Shown: positions 1 to 7,643, counted from the stretch's first letter. The stretch: DNA of 64,000 nt from an uncultured virus (IMG/VR IMGVR_UViG_3300035520_000621) (IMGVR_UViG_3300035520_000621); one strand, 5' to 3'. Numbers and translations: made by a program. The notes: generated by a model not told the origin, from the letters alone.

Positions 1-722
1 GTATGGCAATGGGCTTGCTGATGGGAACGGGGGGGGTACAACCCCACTCAGGTTTCATGGAGGCGACAGGTGGAACAAATATCTCAGCAAAGTGGAACAG
101 GTTCGGAGGGCTGTTCGACCGATACAAGACGGACAGAACACCGCAACTTGCGAGGACGATACAACCGATACAATTACCCCCCCCACAATTCACAGAGCAG
201 CAGCAAGTTAGCAGAACAGGCGGCACTTGGGCAACAAAGTACGCCAAAAAAATCATTGGGTGGGATGTCGCGCCCACCGCAGAATATTTTAAAGAACTTT
301 TCCGCGTGGCAAAGCAACAGATTATTTGGGGTGCAAATTACTTCCCGAATATGCCGCCCACTCGTTGCTTCGTTGTTTGGCGTAAGCTGACAATATCGGA
401 TAAGTTCTCAATGGCTATGGCAGAATATGCTTGGACTTCATTCAACCAAAATGCCAAAGTCTTTGAGTTTGCACCGCAGGGCAAGAAGTCAGACCCGCGC
501 TTTCACCCGACACAGAAGCCCGTGGAACTGTACAATTGGTTGCTGACGAATTTCGCCAAAGAGGGCGACAAGATACTCGATACGCACCTTGGCAGCGGTT
601 CATCGGCGGTGGCGTGTGCAGCACTCGGTTATGAGATGTTGGGGATTGAGATTGACGATTATTATTTTACTAAGGCTTACGAACGCCTGAGGCGTGAAAC
701 GAGCCAATTAAGACTATTTTAA
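1..722 (+). CDS. DNA N6-adenine/N4-cytosine methyltransferase (beta class), 5' end outside window; apparently frameshifted at homopolymer tracts
   Basis: C-terminal HPTQKP and ILDTHLGSGSS (SAM-binding motif I), plus QIIWGANYF. Position 2 reads TAT GGC (YG, plausibly the end of DPPYG) in a different frame from the C-terminal part. Confidence 0.85.
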   Translation, partial: MAMGLLMGTGGVQPHSGFMEATGGTNISAKWNRFGGLFDRYKTDRTPQLARTIQPIQLPPPQFTEQQQVSRTGGTWATKYAKKIIGWDVAPTAEYFKELFRVAKQQIIWGANYFPNMPPTRCFVVWRKLTISDKFSMAMAEYAWTSFNQNAKVFEFAPQGKKSDPRFHPTQKPVELYNWLLTNFAKEGDKILDTHLGSGSSAVACAALGYEMLGIEIDDYYFTKAYERLRRETSQLRLF

Positions 723-727
723 ACATA

Positions 728-1015
728 ATGGCACAAAACTTACAGATTAGCGGTATTGTCAAACACATTGCCGCAGAGATTAATGGAATAAGCAATGCAG
801 GCAAGCAATGGCGTAGCAAGACTATCGTGATTACTATCCCCGGTGATTATTCCAAAGATGTAGCCTTTGACCTCAAAGGCGATAAGATTGACAAATTTGG
901 TAACAACCTCAACATTGGCGACAACGTAACTGTTGACCTTGATATTGATGCGCGAGAGTATAACGGCAAGTGGTTTACAACAGTTACAGCTTGGCGCGTC
1001 ACCCGAATAATGTAA
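728..1015 (+). CDS. DUF3127-like OB-fold, putative ssDNA-binding protein
   Basis: 95 aa with GKQWRS...VAFDLKGDKID...IDAREYNGKWFT.V.AW pattern typical of Bacteroidota DUF3127. Confidence 0.75.
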   Translation: MAQNLQISGIVKHIAAEINGISNAGKQWRSKTIVITIPGDYSKDVAFDLKGDKIDKFGNNLNIGDNVTVDLDIDAREYNGKWFTTVTAWRVTRIM

Positions 1016-1135
1016 TATTTAGCAAATTCTTTTTTTCATATTCAATATTTCTTAAAATGGTTGCGCGTGAGCGTAGCTAAGAAATATGCTATACTTCAAG
1101 CAGTTTTATCATGTTTTTTCATAGAATGTAAGGTC

Positions 1136-1166
1136 AAGGGTTGACTTGTGAAAGCCAACCCTTTTT
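1136..1166 (+). terminator. Intrinsic terminator-like hairpin with GTGA loop
   Basis: AAGGGTTGACTT-GTGA-AAGCCAACCCTT followed by T run. Confidence 0.7.
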
Positions 1167-1247
1167 GTTAACACTTCGTACACCCACTGCGAAAGTGGGG
1201 TAACGGTTTGTATGTCCCCGCGATGTTGATTTGCGGTGTTTGCGGTG

Positions 1248-1544
1248 TTACTGTTTGTTGTTTATTCTTTGCCATAGCTCATCGTAAATGTTGTTCAACG
1301 CAATAAGGATTAACCCGACATAATGCGATAGGTACGAGCCTATAATTGATAATGCTACGGCAATGATGATGTCACAACCGAGATATACCAAGGTAGCCAA
1401 CGACAGCCAAAAACTGCTGCATTTAGCGCACGTAGCTATCTTGTGGGCGATTGATGATATTGCCGCCCATAATTGCAAATGCACACCCAATGTAGCAATA
1501 ACAACCGCACACAGCATTATCAATACAGCGCACATATTACGCAA
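1248..1544 (-). CDS. Membrane protein with CxxCxSFW motif (DUF1360-like)
   Basis: Hydrophobic segments flanking TCAKCSSFW; last gene of a co-oriented cluster. Confidence 0.55.
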   Translation of the reverse strand: MRNMCAVLIMLCAVVIATLGVHLQLWAAISSIAHKIATCAKCSSFWLSLATLVYLGCDIIIAVALSIIGSYLSHYVGLILIALNNIYDELWQRINNKQ

Positions 1545-1965
1545 CTGTTATAGTTAGTACAATATCGCTAACGGCATACCTTCCGCATTTTTGGCAATCG
1601 CCCGCGACAACTGTATTCGTCACCTTGCCTGTTTCGCACGTGACGGATGTCGGCGCGGTTGTGGTGTATAGTGGAATGTTTACCGTTGAGTTGACAACTT
1701 GCGAGATACATTGACAACAGTCAGAGCCACATGGCGTATATGAGTACACTCCTTGCAAGTTGAGCGTTACCATATACTCGTTATTCCCCAATGATGCAAC
1801 ATTAGTAACTGACACCGTTGGATTGAAGATATAACCTGTGTCAACGCATACCTTCGTACATAGTTTTGTCGTGACGTTCAACACGCCGATATATGGCGAT
1901 GATGTTGAACCAAGTCCAAGTGTAAAGTTCACTACACTTGGTGTTTGAGAATTATTGCAAGACAT
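1537..1965 (-). CDS. Cys/Thr/Val-rich, probably beta-rich hypothetical protein
   Basis: 142-aa ORF with LCTKVC, PCGSDCCQC, DCQKC; overlaps the next gene by 8 nt. Confidence 0.7.
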   Translation of the reverse strand: MSCNNSQTPSVVNFTLGLGSTSSPYIGVLNVTTKLCTKVCVDTGYIFNPTVSVTNVASLGNNEYMVTLNLQGVYSYTPCGSDCCQCISQVVNSTVNIPLYTTTAPTSVTCETGKVTNTVVAGDCQKCGRYAVSDIVLTITVA

Positions 1966-2009
1966 ATTAGTATGTTTATATTATTTTATTATTAATCTGC
2001 ACTCACATA

Positions 2010-2040
2010 TTGCGCATATCGTTAATATTCGCTATATTTG
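2010..2040 (+). promoter_or_regulatory. Bacteroidota sigmaA-type promoter, antisense to the surrounding operon
   Basis: TTG at 2010-2012, 20-nt spacer, TATATTTG at 2033-2040. Confidence 0.6.
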
Positions 2041-2046
2041 TGCATT

Positions 2047-2104
2047 GCAGTTTGGTTAGAATACTCATAAGGGTAGCGTTGTCGTGAGGCAACGCTATTT
2101 TTTT
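2047..2104 (+). ncRNA. Candidate small RNA
   Basis: Lies between the promoter and hairpin TAGCGTTGTC-GTGA-GGCAACGCTA plus T run; no ORF. Confidence 0.5.
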
Positions 2105-2288
2105 ATTGTTCATCCGCTTGAATTTCTTCGGTTTCAGGTTGTGGATATAGTGCGGTGCGAATATCCTTCAACGTTGCTTCCATTTGTTCAAGACGGAGGG
2201 CAACAGCACATAAATCCTGTGACATCTCGTACACATTAAGGTTGATTAAATCAAAGATGTTGCGTGGGCGCGGTGTTTGAGTTTCCAT
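2103..2288 (-). CDS. Small hypothetical protein (coiled-coil-like)
   Basis: 61-aa ORF 1 nt from its upstream neighbour. Confidence 0.65.
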   Translation of the reverse strand: METQTPRPRNIFDLINLNVYEMSQDLCAVALRLEQMEATLKDIRTALYPQPETEEIQADEQ

Positions 2289-2289
2289 A

Positions 2290-2478
2290 TCACTTTAAAA
2301 ATTGGTTGACAAAATAGTTATTCCCATACTTATTGAGCGCATCGGTTAGCTTACTTGCTGTAACTGCTATCCCATGTTGACGTTTGATGTCAACAAAGGC
2401 ATATAGCGATTGTTGTAGTTCGTCAGCTTGTTGTTGGTTGTCGGCGTAGACGTACATCGTTATCTTGTATGGCTGCAT
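2290..2478 (-). CDS. Small hypothetical protein
   Basis: 62-aa ORF, 1-2 nt from both neighbours. Confidence 0.7.
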   Translation of the reverse strand: MQPYKITMYVYADNQQQADELQQSLYAFVDIKRQHGIAVTASKLTDALNKYGNNYFVNQFLK

Positions 2479-2480
2479 AG

Positions 2481-2825
2481 CTATTGAGGATTAGGTAACG
2501 GAGGAATGTCTGCCGGCGGAATTGTTTCAGTCATCTGACCGGCACCGCGCAGATGCTGAACGAATTGCCATGCTTGCTGCAAGTCTGATTGATTTTCCTT
2601 AAACCACCCGAACAGGGATTGAGCGGTTTGCTGAACTTGCTGCATCGTGGTTGGCGGTTGTGGCGTGAAGTCGGGTAGGGTAGTAATTCCTTCCGATAGA
2701 AAATCATATACTTGTTGCGCTTGCTCAACATTGCCGCGTGTGGCTGCAAGACACGACATTTTCATTGCTATCTTGCTCGATGTGTCAATCATACGAAGGT
2801 CTATTTTGTGACGTTTGAAAAGCAT
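2481..2825 (-). CDS. Gln/Pro-rich hypothetical protein
   Basis: 114-aa ORF in a tightly packed operon. Confidence 0.7.
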   Translation of the reverse strand: MLFKRHKIDLRMIDTSSKIAMKMSCLAATRGNVEQAQQVYDFLSEGITTLPDFTPQPPTTMQQVQQTAQSLFGWFKENQSDLQQAWQFVQHLRGAGQMTETIPPADIPPLPNPQ

Positions 2826-2886
2826 AAAGTTGGCTTAAAAAGGGTAAATCTACGGTTGCCCGTAGAAATACCCAATTAAACAGCGA

Positions 2887-3423
2887 TTAACCACCGCAAC
2901 TATCACAACCGCAATTGCGAGTTGACACACGTTGAACGCGCAACGAGCAGCAGTTATCAATCACAGATGATAGCGGATTGCTACCATTCTGTTGGTTGAT
3001 GAGCGCGAGAGCCTCGGCGGTTGCGAGCGCATTAGCTTGCGAACTACCACCCTGTGCAAGCGCGTTAGCTGTGGCTGTTTGTGATGCAAGTGAGCGCAAA
3101 TTTTGGTTGACATCAATTGTTACACCGTCAGTGCGCACAGCTTCGCGATTGATAGTCTGCGCGAGCAAAGACATCGTTTGCGCCTGTTGGTTGATAGCCA
3201 TTTCACTACCACGTGCGCGAGCCTTAGATGCGCTGTTTAGACCATAAGCGATTGCCAAACCACCGAAGATTGCAACGGCAAGACCTGCCGAACCGAGCGC
3301 AATGCCTGTTGCGGTCGCTCCATTGTGGCGTTTGTAGTAGTGTTGATAGCAGTCGCCACCATTATTAGTGCGATTGCCCCATAAAGCGAGTTCGCCCGCT
3401 GTAACATACGGATTACCTTCCAT
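2887..3423 (-). CDS. Hypothetical protein with Gly/Ala-rich hydrophobic helix, coiled-coil and Cys-rich tail
   Basis: Likely start MEGNPY at 3423; ATGIALGSAGLAVAIFGGLAIAYG; ends NCCSLR...NCGCDSCGG. Confidence 0.7.
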   Translation of the reverse strand: MEGNPYVTAGELALWGNRTNNGGDCYQHYYKRHNGATATGIALGSAGLAVAIFGGLAIAYGLNSASKARARGSEMAINQQAQTMSLLAQTINREAVRTDGVTIDVNQNLRSLASQTATANALAQGGSSQANALATAEALALINQQNGSNPLSSVIDNCCSLRVQRVSTRNCGCDSCGG

Positions 3424-3488
3424 AGTATTATCAGTTATAAGTGTCGAGCCAATATCGGCTCTTGCGACAAAGGTAGCCACGCAGTTAG

Positions 3489-3812
3489 TCATTCGCTCAA
3501 TTCCTTTGCCGTTTCGGTGTCGCAGATGTGTCGCAACTCTTGCAAGCAGTTATCATATAGCGAGCGAAGATATTGCGATGAGCGGATACGTTGTGCAATG
3601 TAAAATTGAGCGCGTTGCACAGTGCGTTTGCTAATTGGCAAATGTAGCGTAATCGCATTGGCGTAAACCCCATAAATTAGCATAATCGACAATGCTGCAT
3701 AACGAGCATCAACTGCATCGTATGCCGTAGATGTGAGTATTCGCTCACGTGTGATGCCCGATCGCTTCTCAATAATAGCCAATACGTTATCAATTATTTG
3801 TCTTTGTGTCAT
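3489..3812 (-). CDS. Putative HTH regulator resembling the DnaA C-terminal domain
   Basis: I...SGITRERILT....DAVDARY...ISKRTV pattern; first gene of the cluster. Confidence 0.55.
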   Translation of the reverse strand: MTQRQIIDNVLAIIEKRSGITRERILTSTAYDAVDARYAALSIMLIYGVYANAITLHLPISKRTVQRAQFYIAQRIRSSQYLRSLYDNCLQELRHICDTETAKELSE

Positions 3813-3960
3813 TACTGAACAAATGTGTTAGATGTTTGTTATGCCGATTATAACGCTTGCCGCGCAGGTATTGCTTATAGGGTAAATAAGAAATGGAGTA
3901 GTTTATAGTTTTTTCCACGGTTATATATGCGCGGCAAAGTGTTATTGTAAGGCACAAAAA

Positions 3961-3987
3961 ATCGCACCAACTTCACAGCTGATGCGA
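3961..3987 (-). terminator. Terminator after the lysis cassette
   Basis: Minus strand TCGCATCAGCT-GTGA-AGTTGGTGCGA followed by T run. Confidence 0.7.
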
Positions 3988-4042
3988 CCATCCTTGAACA
4001 ATTGTGCCTAACCTTAAACAATTATGTCTAAATTCTATCTAA

Positions 4043-4450
4043 TCATTTTCTATATTTTTTGATCAGCCAACGCACGGCGGCGCAGAGGGTAAAAGCACAC
4101 AGTGCGGCGAGGAGGACGTTGGCAAGATAGAGGCGCGTCTGCTGCCACCATGTCAAGGCGCGTTCCACCGTTTGCGTTACGGTAGTGCGCACTCTGACGG
4201 TATCGGCAAGTAGAAGCGTATCACGCACGATGCGGTCACGCAAGCGGTCACGCAGACGGTATTCATAGACCGTATCACCATGAACAGCCACATAGATACT
4301 GTCGTGAAGATAAACGCTGTCTGTGGTAAGCTGTACGCGGTCACGATAGACAACGCGCTCCACGGTATCAGCCGCAGCCGTCACGCCCTGCCGTTGTGCC
4401 GAACAGCCGCAGAGCAAGACAACCGTTAGGAATAACACTAAGTGCTTCAT
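4043..4450 (-). CDS. Lipoprotein with C-terminal TM helix, putative spanin
   Basis: Signal peptide with lipobox LLCGC, beta-rich middle, C-terminal hydrophobic helix and basic tail; follows the endolysin. Confidence 0.65.
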   Translation of the reverse strand: MKHLVLFLTVVLLCGCSAQRQGVTAAADTVERVVYRDRVQLTTDSVYLHDSIYVAVHGDTVYEYRLRDRLRDRIVRDTLLLADTVRVRTTVTQTVERALTWWQQTRLYLANVLLAALCAFTLCAAVRWLIKKYRK

Positions 4451-4929
4451 CGCGCAAGCAATTCAAAGAGTTTGAACAGTGCAACGCCTAAGACGGTGCA
4501 GAAGATAAGCAAGATAAGTCCGAGCGAAGCCGACACTGCATTAAAGCGCGGATAGCGTTCCTGCTCTACGATGTCGTCACAATCTCCGTCACATACCTGC
4601 TCGATAATGTCAGCGAGTGAAGTTTGCGGCATGTAGTTATCCTCGTCGCGCAACTTGGTCGGCTCATGCTTGGGGCGAAATACGCGGTCTTGGCAAATGT
4701 CGATACCATAGCGCAGTGCGATGTCATGCGGTGATACCACGTGTGTGGCGGTACGCTTGTCCGACGACACGCGCCCTTGACGCAGGCGCAGATAAGTCAC
4801 CGTGCGCAGTTCTTGCGTGTCGGGGAAATACACCTCTACGCGCTTATTGTTGTGATACTTGACGATAACGATACGCTGTCCTCGTCCGTTGTAATGCACT
4901 TCTCCCGTGCGGTCTAATTTTTGTGCCAT
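4447..4929 (-). CDS. Hypothetical protein with basic N-terminal domain and C-terminal TM helix
   Basis: Probable start MAQKLDRTGE at 4929, just after the endolysin stop. Confidence 0.6.
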   Translation of the reverse strand: MAQKLDRTGEVHYNGRGQRIVIVKYHNNKRVEVYFPDTQELRTVTYLRLRQGRVSSDKRTATHVVSPHDIALRYGIDICQDRVFRPKHEPTKLRDEDNYMPQTSLADIIEQVCDGDCDDIVEQERYPRFNAVSASLGLILLIFCTVLGVALFKLFELLAR

Positions 4930-4934
4930 AGTTG

Positions 4935-5360
4935 TTATGCTTTGAGTTTTTTTGCTTCCGATGCGGGTAAAATCTGCTTGCGCGGCATATCTGTATGCGA
5001 AATATGCACCCATGTAGAGCTACCCGATTTCTCCCATATAATTTGGTCGTAGGGTAGTTTCAGCGAGATAGCGAGTTGGAACAACTTGTAGTTGTCTGCC
5101 TTGCCACCCACAACTAAATCGGCGGCTTGACCTTGTACGTGCTGTGAGTTCTTGACGCCCCCAACGGCAACGTTGAGGTTGGGTGAGCGATACCCCGAAG
5201 ATACCGTGATAGGTCGCCCCCATGCTTCGCGTAGCGGGTCAAGGACGTTATCAACGAGCTTTGTAAGATTGGCGACAACCGCTTGTGATGGTGTATTGTC
5301 AAGTCCACGCTTCTTTGCCGTTGCGCTGTTGCTTAATTCTGCGATAGTGAAATATTTCAT
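4935..5360 (-). CDS. Endolysin, peptidase M15A family
   Basis: SSGYRS..LN..VGG..NSQH..GQAAD...WVHIS zinc-peptidase signature. Confidence 0.92.
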   Translation of the reverse strand: MKYFTIAELSNSATAKKRGLDNTPSQAVVANLTKLVDNVLDPLREAWGRPITVSSGYRSPNLNVAVGGVKNSQHVQGQAADLVVGGKADNYKLFQLAISLKLPYDQIIWEKSGSSTWVHISHTDMPRKQILPASEAKKLKA

Positions 5361-5806
5361 GGCTGCGCCTCCTTTGTTTCCTGCTGTTGCGCCATTAGCT
5401 TAGCTACGAGTCGCGCGATGTCTTCTTTGTTTTCAATGATTACAGACATCGTGCGGTCTTGCTTATCGAGTTCCGCTTTAGTCCATGCCTTTTCACGGAC
5501 ACTGACAAATTCACAGAATACGCAGTAAGCAGCCCATAGCATAGAAAACGCGGGGAACGGCACAACGACACACGTGATGAGGTCGACGCACACCAATACA
5601 AGATACGGTGAGAAGTATTTCTGTGCCTTTGCGCAGGTCTTTTTGTGACCTTTTGAGGTCGTGGCGATGCCGTTTTCCTTGGCTTTTTTTAGACCGTAGT
5701 AGTAATCGACAATCATAGCCAATACCATTACGGCGGTGAATACAGCGACCAATACCAATCGCGGATATATGTAATCGCTGAGGAAATCCAAAACAATCTG
5801 TGTCAT
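5357..5806 (-). CDS. Holin
   Basis: 2-3 TM helices, D...G..KA and E..SV.E motifs; overlaps the endolysin start. Confidence 0.75.
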   Translation of the reverse strand: MTQIVLDFLSDYIYPRLVLVAVFTAVMVLAMIVDYYYGLKKAKENGIATTSKGHKKTCAKAQKYFSPYLVLVCVDLITCVVVPFPAFSMLWAAYCVFCEFVSVREKAWTKAELDKQDRTMSVIIENKEDIARLVAKLMAQQQETKEAQP

Positions 5807-5866
5807 AGTGTTAGTAGCATAAGTGATTATAGATATTAGAAGAAGTAAGTCGTGTCCTATTCCCTA

Positions 5867-6208
5867 TTATTCCAGCACCGCTTTGGCGATGTCTTTGGCG
5901 TGGCGGCGCAGGGCTTGCATCTGCTCAAACTCGGCGAGCGTTGCGCTGTCCGTTGGATTTGCAAGGTAGTTGTTGACTACCGCTTGCATCTTGTCTGTGG
6001 GGTATTCCGCTGTGATGATAGCGTTGACTATCGCGTCATAGTTCCATACCCCTGCGTCAAGCTGTACGCGCTTGTAGCGGCATGAGTACGGCTGCTCTTC
6101 GGTCGGCTCTACCGCCTCTGCATCGTAGTTGACCGTGCGCCTTTTCAAACCGAGGTGATTTTGCACCTCTACGGCTTCGGGAGCGTGGTCTGTGTATATC
6201 CATACCAT
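5867..6208 (-). CDS. Hypothetical phage protein
   Basis: 113-aa ORF between RT and holin. Confidence 0.7.
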   Translation of the reverse strand: MVWIYTDHAPEAVEVQNHLGLKRRTVNYDAEAVEPTEEQPYSCRYKRVQLDAGVWNYDAIVNAIITAEYPTDKMQAVVNNYLANPTDSATLAEFEQMQALRRHAKDIAKAVLE

Positions 6209-7643
6209 ATTCCTTTATCTCCTTTCTTAGTAAGTATAAATTGAAATTATAATCGTTTTTCACCTTTACCACGTCATAGTCACGTGTGTAGCAGACGCAC
6301 CAAAACACCTTGCACTCGCGCTGAAACAAACGGCGGCGCAAGCGGTAAGACGAGCAACCGCGCAGGAAACCGAGATAGCTGTTCAGCGCACTAATCAAGT
6401 GGCGCAGACTGCCGAGTAAGTCAGCGTTTACTTCGCCTTGCGTCATAGCGCAACATAGCGTTTCCGTGCGGCGCAGTGCGTCAACAAACCCGCCAACGGT
6501 GCGATTGCTGATATAACGACGGTGCGGCTTAATCACTTGTCCGACAAACTTCACGCCCTTGCTGACGTGTTGCAGATAGAACTTATCGGGGTGCATCGTC
6601 AGGTCATAGCGTTGCAATTCGCGGCGTAGCGTATCACGTAGTTGCAGACAAAAGTCCTTGTCGCGTGAGATAGTGCAAATGTCGTCAACAAACTGTTCCA
6701 ATGCCGAGCCGTGTTCGCGCACCAACGTCAGAATGTCGGCAAGAACATGACTCATTAGGAAGTTAGCGGCAAGTTGGTTAATGATATTGCCTATTGCTGT
6801 GCCGTGGTCTTGGTCGCGGTTGTATAGCGACTTGCTTGGGTTGAGGCGTTCCCACATTGCAAGCGGACTGCGGCGTATCGCGTCATGCTGTGGTCGATGC
6901 AGCACCGTTAGGCGCGTCAGATATAGCAATACGTCTTTGTCGCTGTCGTGATATTCTTCGATGATTAGCCGTTCGAGTAATTGCCATAGAATACGCACAT
7001 TGATGCTTGTGAAGAATGACTTGACATCCACCTTGCAGATGTAAGCGTCGCGTGTGTATTGCTGTGTGATATTCCATACGTCACGCTCTACGGCGGCGAT
7101 TGCCGAACTTGTGCCGAACCCCTTGCGGCAGTTGTGGCTGATATTTCCTTGCGCACGATGTCGTGCTTCAAACAGTGGTGTCAGCCGTTGACATATCCAC
7201 GTCTGCACAATGCGGTCGCGGAAGTTGGCAGCAAACACTTCGCGGTATGTAGGTCGCGACACGATGAAGCACGTACTCGGTCGCGGCTTGTAGGTATTAG
7301 AATAAACTTCATCAATCAATCTATATAAGTCCATTTCTGCATCGGCGGTGCGGTAAGCCGAACAATCCGCCGAGCCTTTTTTCTTCTTGCAGTATTCCTT
7401 GTATGCTGCTATCCAACCTTCTTTGACTTTATCTTCTAAGGCTGCCACCGCCCTCACCGCGTTAGTGTTACCCTTGTTGTTGTTGTTGATGTTCGCTGAT
7501 GAGAAGTTCGCGTACCAAGCGTTGCTCTGCGAATAGGACGATGATGCGTACGCTGATTTCTTAGCTGACTCGCTCGCTCCGATTAAGGTATCAAGCTCGT
7601 TAGCGGTACGCCCATTAAATAGTATAAAGTCATTTGCAACCAT
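6057..7643 (-). CDS. DGR reverse transcriptase (ORF includes the TR in frame at its 5' end)
   Basis: REVFAANFRDRIVQ, CRKGFGT, KVDVKSFFTSI, GTAIGNIINQLAAN, FVDD, LTMHPDK, KGVKFVG; adjacent avd and TR/VR pair. Confidence 0.95.
   Translation of the reverse strand: MVANDFILFNGRTANELDTLIGASESAKKSAYASSSYSQSNAWYANFSSANINNNNKGNTNAVRAVAALEDKVKEGWIAAYKEYCKKKKGSADCSAYRTADAEMDLYRLIDEVYSNTYKPRPSTCFIVSRPTYREVFAANFRDRIVQTWICQRLTPLFEARHRAQGNISHNCRKGFGTSSAIAAVERDVWNITQQYTRDAYICKVDVKSFFTSINVRILWQLLERLIIEEYHDSDKDVLLYLTRLTVLHRPQHDAIRRSPLAMWERLNPSKSLYNRDQDHGTAIGNIINQLAANFLMSHVLADILTLVREHGSALEQFVDDICTISRDKDFCLQLRDTLRRELQRYDLTMHPDKFYLQHVSKGVKFVGQVIKPHRRYISNRTVGGFVDALRRTETLCCAMTQGEVNADLLGSLRHLISALNSYLGFLRGCSSYRLRRRLFQRECKVFWCVCYTRDYDVVKVKNDYNFNLYLLRKEIKEYGMDIHRPRSRSRRGAKSPRFEKAHGQLRCRGGRADRRAAVLMPLQARTA
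7441..7546 (-). repeat. DGR template repeat (TR)
   Basis: 106-nt gapless match to 8121-8226 with 13 mismatches, 12 at TR adenines; 9 AAC codons. Confidence 0.97.

Noticed and set aside
6057..6208. 152-nt overlap of the RT C-terminus with the next gene as a functional dual-coding region
   Set aside because: The RT tail is low-complexity and Arg-rich beyond the conserved domains; most simply a late stop codon
6057..7643. RT as a group II intron, retron or Abi RT
   Set aside because: TR/VR pair with adenine-specific mismatches, avd and hairpin identify it as a DGR RT
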